Assembly: GCF_964204645.1 (NCBI RefSeq)
Contig: NC_134034.1
Span: 1,178,001-1,242,000 of the forward strand
Direction of reading: 5' to 3'
Origin: Tubulanus polymorphus
Lineage: Eukaryota > Animalia > Nemertea
Length of the DNA stretch: 64,000 bases
The notes beneath the pieces were generated by a model. The model made no database searches. It was given only the letters and a program-made list of their open reading frames with translations, and had not been told where the DNA came from. The position numbers were made by a program, and so were the translations under genes. Positions 35,981 to 49,195 of this stretch are shown in pieces; position 1 is the stretch's first letter, and every line of letters begins with the position of its first letter.

Positions 35981-37623
35981 CGCATGATTCGATTCCATTT
36001 AGGAGATTGACACAATTCAGCTAGCTCACTCCACTTGAAGAACAATTAAAGAAAGAAGGTTGAATTCTGTTGAATAACTGACAAAACCACCATAAATTTT
36101 TATTCACAATTACTCGCTATATTCTTATGTACATTGTCTTCACAACTCGCGCTTTCATATAAAATGATTATCAACGAAATTATCTTCTTAACAATATTTC
36201 AATATACACGAATATTTCATCCGAAACCTTCAAGAAATAACTACAGAGAGATAGAAGGGGGGCTTCAGGGTAGGTACAACTTAATTATTGATTATTGCAG
36301 GTAATATGTCCATACATCCCCCTACGACATCATCAAATTGTCGATTATTGGTCGGAAATCGCAGGTCCCTCAATTCTCCCTATGACATCATCAAGTATCT
36401 CGTAAGACTGATGAAGAGAGCCAGCTGCTTTTCCAGTAGTGTCCACAGATCAAATCACTAGTAGATGATTTGATGACATCATAAGGGGATTTATGTACGC
36501 AGCCATCTTTTCTATACATGATTCCTCAACCTTTTCACAATTATCACAATAAAAACATAGTAAAACAACTAAAAGTCAAAACACTTATGACACAAAATAT
36601 TCTCAAAAGGGACAGAACCGAATGTCAAAATCAGTTACAATAGACCCAGCGCGCTAAGAAGCCACTTCGGATCTTATGGGACTGTTTAATGGTTTCCACG
36701 GAGCAGCAAGTGATTACCGGGGCATTTGGGTGAATCATCGCATGAACTGGAATACTTGTATGAAAATTCTAAATTTGGCACGTGATAATCCCATGAAATC
36801 AGTTCCATGGCATCCGCAGTTCCATGCATGTGAATATACGAGGCTATCGGTTCGTTTGGCAAGCGCTGAACTGTCAGTTCTCTGATGGAAGTCGTGAAAT
36901 TATTATCAAATGCGCCTGGCGAAAAAAAGAATTGTAAACCAAGCGAGGCAGTGAAATTTATTGGAAAGTTTAAAATTCCACCGTATCTCAAATTAGTGTC
37001 GCATTAAGTTGACTAAATGTTTAAATCAGGAACCAGTTCTACAGTCGGGATCAGTTTAAGATCGACTTCGATCTAGAGCCAATTCAACTACTTTAAGACC
37101 AGTTTAAGATCTTAATTCCGTAGGCAATCTATCAATTTAAGACCGTTCTAAGACCATCTTAGTTCCGTAGCCAATATAACGAATTAAGACCAGTCTTTAG
37201 ATTTAAGACAACATTTGGACGATGACCGTGAAACTTGGTCCCGTTCTAGAGATCCCGTTCAAAATTTGGCACCAGAAGCCAGTTTTATAGACTAACATTA
37301 ACGTTAACCCAGCGGCTAACTCAATTGATAATGAATTCTTGAGTAAACCCCCGGGTTCAAGTTGATACCTGTCTATACAACCAGGCCTAGTAACGTTAAA
37401 AACATTGAAAATCAACTAATTCAACTTCCTTAAGTCAGCCACAACTGAGAACAGTGAAACTTGGTCATTACGTTTAAATATACAATACTTTCAGCTTCTA
37501 AAAAAAAAAAAAATTGCGGCTTCCCGACAGAAACCGCTTCGCAAAAAAATCCAACCGGGGCAGACGACGTAAACTATATAACTGTTCTGAAGGTCACGCG
37601 GACTACGAGCAGACGACCGCTCT

Positions 37624-39534
37624 TCAATATTTATTAATTCCGAATAATCGTTTTTTGTAGAGCTGCGGTAATTTCGGCACGAGCGCCAACAGAATCAACG
37701 TCGACGCGTTCAACGTGAAGTGATACGGATCGTATTTTGTGTAGAGACTCGCCAGGAAAAATCTACAAAACGAAAATGAACTTTATTCTCAAAAACCCGA
37801 CCAAGAAAAATCTAGAAAACGAAACAAGATATTTTTTTCGAAAACCCGAACAAACTATTGATTCTTCATCGAAAATATCCTCAGTCAGATTTTGGACCGA
37901 TACGCCCTCGCTTACCAGAGTTTGATTGCCTCACAACAACACCAACCCTGGACCTTCATCGGTCTACTACACCGCCTAGATTTTTTGGGTGGACTGGTTA
38001 CCACTCAGCGGCTACCAGTCTCTGAGATGAGTTGTTATTCACCAGCAGATTCGCTTTATCAATACAACGCATCGAATTGGCTAGATATATAGACTGGTGG
38101 GCGCTGAGCGGGAACCTGTGCGCCTGAGAAATCTTGGCCAGTGTAATAGAACAATGTTGGGTTTGTGATGGTGTCAAGTTCAGCGGGAGACAATCAAACC
38201 CTGGCTAGTGAGGACTGACCGATATTAACTTATTGAACAAGTCCCGGCAGTCCATCTTCACCCGTCAAGGGATTCGAACCCACTACGCTAAAGCTGTTCC
38301 CCGAACCCCTTGACCTCACGAGTCGTTGGAGTCGTTACTAGCCGACCAGAATCCGGTCGTACCAATCACAGCGCTTGTAACAAACGACAGTAGGCTTCTG
38401 TTGGTTTTCCCGTTAAATGGACCAATCAGCGAACGTTTTACCGAACAAGGAAGTATTTCGCAAATCGATATATGACGTCACGCGCAACAGCGCCAATAAT
38501 GAAATCACGCTTCGTGAGGCCAGGTTGCTGGTGGAAGCGAGTTCGGGAGTGATACCGACACCCCTGGCAAGCGAGGATGCGGCAGTCCAGCCTGGTTTAA
38601 TTGAGCATCAGTTTTAACGACTTTACAGCGTTCTCCAAAGTAATCTTAAATCTTAAGACTAGTCTTAAGTTGTTAGACGAGCTATATAACTAGGTCTTAA
38701 AACTGATTCTAAATGTAAACCTGGACTGTACTTGAACTGGCCCCAAGTTGTAAGGCACGTGTTGTTGATACTTACAGTACAATAGGAACGACAGTGAGGA
38801 ATTTTTTTGTAGCCGTTAGTTGCTCGCCGTGGTCGAACTGTTCCCAGACGGTCAACACGCGGTTCTTACCCTGATCGCACGTTTCAAACGGAGTTCCCTT
38901 CTCGATGTGCAGATACAAAAACATTAACTACAAACAAAACAAGAACAAAATCATTTCAACCAGTTCTCGATCAGGAGCCGTCTGCCCGTTAGACATCTCA
39001 ATTACCGGCTGGCTGCTAGAAGTGTTTATAGATCGAATCAATACTAGCTAAAATACATTTTTGCTAGAAGGTAATGTGATGTCATAGGGGGATTCATAGA
39101 GGCAGACATCTTTTCTATAGTGTCTATAGATTAAATCACTAGTACACAATTTGATGATGTCATAGGGTGATCTATGGTGGCAGACATCTTTTGTAGAAGT
39201 GTCTACAGTTCAAATCACTAATAGGTAATCTGATGATGTCATAGGGGTATTTATGGAGGCAGACATCTTTTCTAGAAGTGTCTATTGATGAAATCACTAG
39301 TAGACAATTTGATGATGTCATAGGGTGATTTATGGAGGCTGACATGATTTTTCGTTCACTTACAACGTTGTGCAGTAGATTGGTAAGCGTCCACGCTGTC
39401 GCCACGGTGAAGAACGGGATGCTGAGAATGATGAGATGAAAGAAGAAAATGATGAGGATGTACGTGACCCACATTCCTTTACTGTTAAAGTACGTTTCCG
39501 TAGGATTCGTGCCTCCGTCTGTTCCGACCTGCAT
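37624..39534 (-). CDS. ORMDL: ORM1-like sphingolipid biosynthesis regulator, 153 aa, complete
   Basis: Exons 39534-39364, 38927-38776, 37762-37624. Motifs [82 protein letters not shown] 5' UTR acceptor lies at ~39574 and a probable non-coding first-exon donor at ~40265-40272. Confidence 0.96.
38090..38320 (-). mobile_element. Possible tRNA-derived SINE fragment in an ORMDL intron
   Basis: Perfect Pol III B-box GGGTTCGAATCCC on the minus strand at 38269-38281; no full cloverleaf; boundaries approximate. Confidence 0.35.
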
Positions 39535-41756
39535 CCTGTCGACTGATTACAGCGCCACCTACCGATTACAAATCTGTAAACACACCGAGAAATAAATAGT
39601 TAATAATATTATATATCGGCCATCTTTACATTTTCATTGGTTAGGTCATATTTTAACTGGAGTAGGCTACAAACAACGGTACGTCTGCTAACCCCTTCTC
39701 CTAGTCCGCTACCCCTAGTTGGTTACCTAATCGTTGGTGGTAAGCTTTTATAATCGGATATGGTTTGTGAAAATGTCCGATCGCGAAACTAAATCCGAGA
39801 GATTTACTGACTACCCTTCTACCAGTCCTCCTCAACTAGCCCTCTCCCTACAATTTATCCCCTATCCGAACCATTCTGTCTATAGACTAGGCCTACAAAT
39901 TGTTTTGACCTCAATCCCCTGGGTCTATTTCAATTCCCTCACTAAAAAAATAGTCCGTGCTGTACTGCTAAGCCTCAGTCAGTTCTCGAGCGCCCCAGAT
40001 TTTTAGACATATATTGTTATATCATTAATGGCAGCGAGCAGCCTCACCCTGACCCCAGGGCATCACACACAAACACACACCTGCAAAAATATGTGTCGAA
40101 GCCGAAGAAAGAACATGAGTTATTTTTAGCCGACAAATTTTAGTAGACAAAAAAACAGTAAAACAGTAGCGGCCTAACTCAGACTGGATGATTGATATTA
40201 TGATTGAGTACACGTAACATCGAACCTTTTAAAACCTTTTAAAAATACGGAAACGAACTAGGGCTCACTTACAATAGAGAGAAAGGTCTGGAAAACCTGG
40301 TGAAATCCTAAACGGCAGTAGAAACTGGCTGCCTGCAGCGAATTTCTGTACTGGATACGTGTATGTAGCAGCGCAGTGCTTCACAATTGGTTCTTTTTCT
40401 ATACGATAGATGGCGGTACGGTGGATAAATTCGAATACAAATTTGTTTATTGCGTATAGTATGGAAGCCCTGAGACGACATTGCCAGTTGCGAGCACAGG
40501 GGCTCGTCACGATAGCTGGGGGTCCAAAATCGAAGATTTGACCCAGTATCCTAGGTACCACCTATAATAAAAGGTTTTTACGGGCCCAGTGTACGTAAAT
40601 GTGCAGTGTCGGAACGTATGGTTCCGTGCTATTGATATAATCGCATCTAAGCTTGTCGACGGACCAGTTGGTGGGATTATTTTGTCGGTTGAAAAAAAGA
40701 AGTAGATTGCGAGAATAAAACACAGGAGTTTCAGGTTTAACTCTTAAATCGATTTAATTTCTTCATTAAATCAGTTTATCCGTAGTTAAACGATAGGCCT
40801 CAATCCAGGATTTGCTATATCAAACTTAACTAAACGATGGACAAATCAATCATATTTATTCTCATACAACAATTATACAAAATGCCAGAAGTGCTCGAGG
40901 AATTATGATGTAAGCTCCTCAAACACGTGGACTTTCAAAAACAACTAGTCCAACCACCATAGGCGTGTAAACTATAAACAAGGGTTTATACGCCCATGGT
41001 CCAAACATAGACTAAAAAAAGTCTATGGCCCAACCATGGACTCAATTGTCCATGGCTCCCCGCACTAAAACCAGAGATAAACCTGGCCAAATACTCTGGA
41101 AAGCGTAGGATAAAGTAATCAATCTGATTTACATTTTTTACATCATTTTATTTTCACATATCATTAACATATCATCACATATATTTAACTTTTTATATAA
41201 CTTTTAGCTTATTTTCTCAAATTTTGATAGTACTATTACCCTATATGAAATTGTACTAACTTAAAACCATAAAAGTTACATGTAAGGTATTTAGAAGTCT
41301 TTATCTACAATACATTTCCACTACAGCTGATTTATACAATTTGCATCAATAGGAAAATGAGTAAAATTCACAAAGAATTGTAAACTTTGATCCATATAAG
41401 GGCCTTAATGAAAATAGTATTTTATGAACCATTGATAACTACCACAGTGAAAATACATTTAGTTGCAATACACGTAATTAAAGAAGAAAAGTTTTTATAT
41501 GAATGACAAACATGTATGTCGTTTTATTCTTACACAACAATTATACCTGCTTAATGAGTTATTTAAAAACATTTCAAAATAAAAACATTGAACCTACAAA
41601 TTCACTCACTCTGGAAAGCGTAAGGTTAACTAATTAATCTTAATTATTACAAGAAAACTAAAAACATTGCCAAATTTTCCTCATTTTTAAGAGATTTCTT
41701 CGAACATTATCAACTAGCTTATTTCACAAATGTTACATTTGACATTTGAAACAAAG

Positions 41757-42009
41757 CAGGGTCTGATCTAAGCACTAGTCCAATTGCCCGGGACAAGTAT
41801 ATTTTCATTAGGGCATGTAGGTTATCATAATCACTCGTCCACCGGGCTTGTGTAATTCTATGTCTCAAAGCTTTTATCCCACTTGATGCAAGGGATGATT
41901 GTGTCACAATTGGACTGCTCGTAGGGCAAGTTGATTTTTGAGGGGGCAAGTGATATTACATATGCTTGCCCCAAGGTCAAGTGGCATTTATTCCTTAGAT
42001 CAAACCCTG
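41757..42009. mobile_element. hAT-like MITE remnant
   Basis: CAGGGTCTGATCTAAG...CTTAGATCAAACCCTG inverted ends with internal GGGCAAGT/ACTTGCCC-type motifs; no intact TSD. Confidence 0.55.
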
Positions 42010-42889
42010 CAAATTATAAAGGTTTTTCTTTGTGACAATTTAAGATAAATCAAGTATTTTCATATAAATATGGTTTGATTGGCGAAGCTAGGTATTCGGT
42101 AACTTCTTAATTGTATTATTCAACTTGGATAGTAGATATAAATACAACTCAATATAAAGATCATAAATTCTTCTTGTCCAGAGATGACAGGCCCCACGCA
42201 GACGAGATCAAACCGATAATCAAAACAAAGCTAGGACAATTGACCAATTAGAACTGTATCCTCAAATTAGCCTATCAAGAAACTGCTCCTTATATTCTAT
42301 GCTCCTGCTATTTTAGACAAGGCCTTAATTAAATCAGTATTTTATGAACCACTGAAAAGCACCACAGTGGAATTGTTGCTATAAAACTTAACAACTGAAA
42401 AGTTTCGACACGAATGATGAAAATGTACATCGTTTTATTCACACAATAATAATTATTTAATCGATGAATCGTCATGCAAGTTCCTAATTTACAAACATGC
42501 AAACTGTGTTACAATAACAGTCTCCGACATAAAAGCATTAAAACTAGAGATGAGACATACAGATTCACTCAGGAAATCTTAGTATCAACTAATCATTATT
42601 TTCACTAGAAAACTAGAATTTTGTCCACTTTGCCTTGTCTTAAAGATGTCCAAACACCTTGACATTAAATACTAAGTATTCTGATGTTTTTTCTGGCAGC
42701 TTCGAAAACATCAACATAATTACATAAATAATATAATCGGGAACTAATCAATAACTTAAGTTTATAGCTGTTTTACATTCGTTCTAAAAAGTAAAATGTA
42801 TTAACCAGATTTTAGATAGTAAGTCTACCCCAGTATAACAATCAACAGTCACAGCAGTGATTGAGCGCGGCTAGTTGAAAGGACGGGTC

Positions 42890-43036
42890 GATCTTTCATC
42901 ACAGTTATTCAAAGCATTCTATCATATCAGTTATTTTTTTAAATGTTTTCGATTTAGTTAAGGTTTATGGTTATTTGTTTCGTTCATTACAGTAACTGAG
43001 TCCGATAGAATGCTTTGAATAACAACAGAAAAGATC
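42890..43036. mobile_element. Small inverted-repeat element
   Basis: GATCTTT..GTTATTCAAAGCATTCTATC / GATAGAATGCTTTGAATAAC..AAAGATC. Confidence 0.5.
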
Positions 43037-45068
43037 TCGGGTTTTCTCTATACTTAGGGAAGGTTGTTCGATAAATGAAGAACCTTGTTGATAAATATTT
43101 GAAAAAATGCCTTTTCATGTAAATAGAATATTAATTTGTTGTTTGTTTGTATTGTTGTTTATTATTTTTAATCTATTTTTTTATATTATCTATTTATTCA
43201 TGTGCTTGTATTTTGTATTATTTACTATTCATTATTTATTGGTTTTTTCTTATTTATTAATTTATGTGCTTGTATTTTGTATTATGTATCATTTAAACTC
43301 CTCTATCTACAATTGCAGGCATTTTTTCACTGTAAAGTTCATGGCCCATTCTAAAAAAAGCGCTACCGATTCACTGCCACTTCTTAATAATCATTATACA
43401 CCCGATTTGAAGCTAAGTGATTATTTACGAGAGCCATCTCGTGAAATGGACTTACCCAATACAATAAAAGAAGTTCAAACAGCTATAAACGATGTTAAAA
43501 CGTTCAAAATTAGTCCTAGCTATAACTTTATGCCTTGTTAATCCTAGCTTAACCTCTCAAATGTAAATAATGGTTTCCCTTCAAATAAAGCTTTTTTTTC
43601 AAATACGTAGCTATGATCATCAAACAGATTGATGGAGGCTTAAAGGTCGATGTGAAAATCGACGTCTACGATTCATTTGTCAAATTGGTAACATGGGCCT
43701 TTGAAAATATCAATGACATCAAATTAGTACATCTACAATTCAGCAAATACTTAATATTTGTACGTCAACACTGGTCTAACGCTATGTTCTATGTTTCCTA
43801 ACTACGTGATATCTATACAGACAAATAGCCACAGTTGACTATGTTTAACTATGGTAAGTTCGAAGATTAAACTCACAATATCAAGTTGAAACTATATCTC
43901 AGTTTAGGCGTTAACTCGAACAGACCTACGAGTCCAAACTAGGCGCTCAACACCTACATTTACCCCTAGTGACTAACCTAACTTGACTTATCTATCAACC
44001 AAGGATCGAAGACCAATATCTTGAATTAATGGGGCTTAGCTTTTATTAGACTCACACATTGCATAACAAATCATAAAATAGTTTCCTCGAAAACACTATA
44101 TCATCCATCAGACTGGTTTGAAAAAGGTGATAAGTAAAAAATCAATACTTTACTACGGAAGTCCGCTATTGTCTTCGCCGCTCCTGGATTTCAGTGTTTA
44201 TAAGATGCACTATTATCTATGCTGCTCCTAATAAGATACACTATTGTCTTTGCTGCTTTTAAAACATTGTTTATCCTGAATCAGTGTTTATGAATTAATC
44301 TATTAGTTTTGCTGCTCGAATCAGTGTTTATAAGATTCACTATTGTCTTTGCTGCTCCTGATAAAATGTTTCATAGAAATCAACCACCGATTGTCGAAGA
44401 ATCCATCGTTGAGTGATTAATCCATCGCTGGCTCCTCAACTTATCACCTGGGCTTCTGCAGTTTTCATCAGAAAATGGGTCAATCAGTAATCGTTGTGGG
44501 TGTCTTCTTCCGACGATTATTTCCGAGATGTAGTTTGGCTGAAACAAAGTAAAGAAAGCAAAACATTTCAGACAGATCTATCATAATTTACATGTCATTT
44601 CAAATAACAAGCAACAATGTTTTTCACAAAGCAAAATTCATTGACGTCAATTGCCGATTTAAACCCCAATAATCAATTGCAGTAGTAGGACTAGTTTATC
44701 ACTGTTTAAGACTAGTAAAGATAAAAGATCAGCCATGTGGACCGGTAAATAGATTTTGATGATAGTCACTTATTAAATGATATTCATATGAGGCCTGAAA
44801 TCTACATATACCGGTAATAAACATTGCTGGGTTCAGTTCTGGCCTTTTCTGTGCACCGTTCCAGTTTGTAGATTTTGGACGAGTAGTTGATCTCAAGCTG
44901 GGCTTTTTCTGATAGTTGAAACTTAGCTGCAATCATAAAAAGATGATGTCCTGTTATCACAAACCATTACATTTAGAATAATTTGAAATAATTCCACATA
45001 TATCAAGTTACCTTTCATGATTGCTGGGTTCGTTATCGGAGATGATCATCTAAGTTGGTTGACCTTTA

Positions 45069-45564
45069 GTTATACATTTCTATAATACATTTCTTTGGTA
45101 TTTTTTTTATGTAGTCCGAAAGTTTACAATAAGATAATTTCGTCTAAGTTATACATTTCTTTGGTATTTTTTTTTTCATGTAGTCCGAAAGTTTACAATA
45201 AGATAATTTTGTCTAAGTTATACATTTCTTTTATATTTTTTTCATGTAGTCCGAAAGTTTACAATAAGATAATTTCGTCTAAGTTATACATTTCTTTGGT
45301 ATTTTTTTTTTCATGTAGTCCGAAAGTTTACAATAAGATAATTTCGTCTAAGTTATACATTTCTTTGGTATTTTTTTTTTCATGTAGTCCGAAAGTTTAC
45401 AATAAGATAATTTCGTCTAAGTTATACATTTCTTAGGTATTTTTTTTTCATGTAGTCCGAAAGTTTACAATACGATAATTTCGTCTAAGTTATACATTTC
45501 TTTGGTATTTTTTTTTCATGTAGTCCAAAAGTTAATAATGAGATAATTTCGTCTAAGTTATACA
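45069..45564. repeat. 66-69-bp minisatellite x7
   Basis: CATGTAGTCCGAAAGTTTACAATAAGATAATTTCGTCTAAGTTATACATTTCTTTGGTAT(T)n. Confidence 0.95.
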
Positions 45565-48500
45565 ATTCACATATAAGATCAGCAATGTGGACCGGTAATT
45601 AGATTTTGATAATAGTCAATCATTAAAAAATATTTATATGAAATTCAACTCATATTGTAATTCATCTATATTCCAGATATCTAAGCAATGGTTGATTATT
45701 ATAGTTTAACAACATTTCTAACAAGACTAAAGCATCTATAATCATCTCCAGGAATACCAGAGTTATGCATAATCGATCTTATCAAATCGTTTTTGTACTG
45801 TTTTTCCCTTCTATCTTCAGAAATTCTTGATGTGTCTCTTTCTTGGGTGTTAAACACCCAGTGGCCAGTAGGCTTTTATTGAAACCCAGGCCCATCATAC
45901 GGTGTAAACCTGCTAGTAATATTGCCCTAAATACATTTCGATTGTCAGCTAAACCATATTCTGAACCGTATTATCAAATTAACTTCATCGTCAGTTAATA
46001 AACTGAAGAGATGTTTTCTACCCATAGATGTTGATATTTGGACCCAGTGAATGGTATTTTAATCCATTTCAGTAATTCTAAAACTATTGCTCCTAATATA
46101 TACAATGACTCGATAATGATGATAATACAACTGAAGAGCACACTGATCCTACACGCAACCTTGAATCATTCCCACACCTTGACAAATCCAGAATTCTGCA
46201 AAGCCTTAAAAGATTCAATAAATCCCTCGCACAAGACACACACCTTATTCTTTAGATATCAAATAATTACATTATACAGTTTTCTTATCAACCCCTACGG
46301 TTTAGGTTTGAGCACTTTTACCTTATATGAAGATGCTGAAATAATCTTCATCTTAGATACCTAATCAATCAATTAATTTCCTAGCTATAATCAAAACTGT
46401 TTATGACAATATTTCAACCAATATCAAATTATACAGTTGTCTATCAACCCCTATGGTTTGGATTTGAGCACTTTTACCTTATAGGAAAATGCTGAATTAA
46501 ACTTCATACCTAATCAATCAATTAATGTCCAAGCTATAATTAGAATTGTCTCTGACAATATTTTATACGGGGCTTGAAATTTCTTCACTAGAAGAATTTC
46601 CGATCCGGTACAAATTTAGATTGATCGCTATTTCAAACTGCTACTTTTGCATCACAGCTTTTGATAATGTTTGATGAATTCAGAATTCCCCAAAACCTAA
46701 CTGACTCAACTGATCCCAGACACATGTGGCCCAGTTAGACGCAGACGACATTGAGCGATACAGTCGTCTCATCCACTGCGCTATATTTTGAATAATTTTC
46801 ACTTTTATTCATTAAATTGAATTAATTTTAACTAATCTTCTAGATATCTAAGTGATCCATTAATTAGTAATCATACTAGCTATATCTTAATTGTCAGTTG
46901 AATAATATCAACATGGAGCCTGAAAATCTACATGAGTAGAATTTCAGATGTGGTGAATTCGTCCCTATTTCAATTCATCAGAATTTAAGATAAAAGTACA
47001 ATTCTAGTAGTAAATTAGAAACTCCCTTAAACGAATTGCTATATAACCTTTATTTCCCTTTTATAGTAGTACACTGTGTATAAGGACCGAAAGACCTTGT
47101 TATGACCGGACCTCCCAGGTGCGGTGCAAGACATGATGCTAGAAAATAGTTTGAAGGAGAGGGGTTAGTAAAAGAGAGCTATTAGCAAGAGGAATAAGAC
47201 CTAAGTTTAGGATATCCTGTCAGAATAAGGCTCTCCATCTGACATACACAGTGAAATTGAAAAATTCCCCCTCCAAATTCAGGAATGTATTTGTGCACAG
47301 ATTTGTTTTATCTCCCTTCGATCGGAAGTAAATCTGCGTGAAATGATTTTGGCAATATGTATCAAAACTAATACAGCTGTATGAAGACACTATAGGTTCA
47401 CTTAGATACCGATAAATAAATGCGCTCAGATACGCATGTATCAGCTACATTTTAAATGTCCATGGACCTGAATTAAATATAATTTGACATAAAATATTGA
47501 ATTTATCTTAATTGTAGATATCTAAGTAATAGGTTAATGAGTAATTCATCTTAGATTCTACGGTAATTGTCAGTTAAACAATATCTATTATGCGTCACTT
47601 GACACACAGTATGGCTTTTCGATATTATTTGAATCAGTTAGGTTTTGGTAAATTTTGGCAATATTGAAGAGCATGACCAGTCGCCATAAGTACGGCAGTT
47701 GGAGATGGAAATACTGATCAGTCAATGAGACTGATTCACATGTGCTCATACATATATCAGATATATTTAAATTTTCAGTTTAACGACATTTATATTATGG
47801 ACCAGTATTACATATTAATAGTTTTTGATCTTACATGAAATATTGAATTCATCTTAATTGTGGATATCTAAGCCATTCGTTAATGAGCAATTTGTCCTAG
47901 CTATATATATGATAATTGTCAGTTAAACAATAATCATAGCGCAAAACAAGGCACAGAGTGTGGCTTTCAAGAAATGATTTGAATCAATTAAAGCTTTGTT
48001 TTATTCTAGATTTGTCAAAGTGCTGAGACCTTATCACGGTTTCTAAAAGACCTGCAGTCCATAGTTTTCCCCATATAAATATATATTACACCAGATCTCG
48101 ATAGAGCCCTAGACACTATTTTATACATCTTTCCGCGGAGAAGTTCATTAATGCAATGGGTAAAGCAGCAAAATATACACTGTAAAGTGCCTGAATGCTT
48201 ATAAATGTATCAATATATTATTTTATATAAATAGTCCGAAAATTTATTGTAGTTTTTCTCGGTTATATGTTGATACCTTCATCCTCCAAGTTGTTTGTCC
48301 CGCGTGTTGACTAGGTAACGATGTTGTTGGAACGTCCAAGGGTGCCATCGGACTCAGTCCCGGAGTCGGATTCTGGATGTTGGTATCACCAGACTTCCCA
48401 CCATCGGAATTTGTTCTGACTAGTGAAATGACAAGAGGAAGAGAGCATATTATATATTAAGTCAAAATGTTTGTCAGACAGAGCCTGACCACTGTGGTTT

Positions 48501-49195
48501 GAGAAAGCTTTTATTATCTCATAACCATCCCTATCATAAGTAGTATTAACTATTATTATGCCACAAATTTATGCCAGCTCCATTCGTGTCTGAGTACAAG
48601 TACAACCAAACCATGTACCTCTTACCCACACAATAAGCCAGGTTTTTTTTTTGAACGGAATGTCTGAGCTTTTTTGCCTAAGAGCTAGTAAGAAATCAAC
48701 ACCAACAGGCTTTTTTTCTGAGAATCAAACACCTGTATTTTGGAATTAGTAAAAATTAATCCCTGATATACGACTATTGCCCCAAGTGGGCTAAATAAAA
48801 TCAAGCTGAAATTAAAAAGTACATAATCATTAATTAACAAGATGATGAGATGAGGGAAAAGATGAATGGCCAGGATGAGGGGTCTGAATTAGAAATCGAA
48901 GCTACAGAGTTAACGATGAATTTGAAGTACACAAAAGATGTTCGAGATTACAGAGTTCACGAATACAATATTGACGTTATCATCCGCTGCGACAAGAAAA
49001 ATTGGGAAAGATTTTGATGGAAGGGGAAAGAACCTTGGATGAAAAATCAAATTTCCAGAGTTTCACGGCTTAATTCGAAGTACAACCATATAGACGCTGG
49101 TAATACATAGTTTTAACGGCTTTACATCATATTTGATCTAACCTGAGAGAAAGAAGTCAGCACAGAACTTCTGGCTGATAACAGCAAAGTCCGGT

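Noticed and set aside
38255-38320. tRNA gene
   Set aside because: Only a B-box/T-loop; no acceptor stem or cloverleaf.
48541-48550. TAGTATTAAC similar to the CRESS-virus nonanucleotide
   Set aside because: Imperfect motif, weak AT-rich stem, and no Rep ORF.
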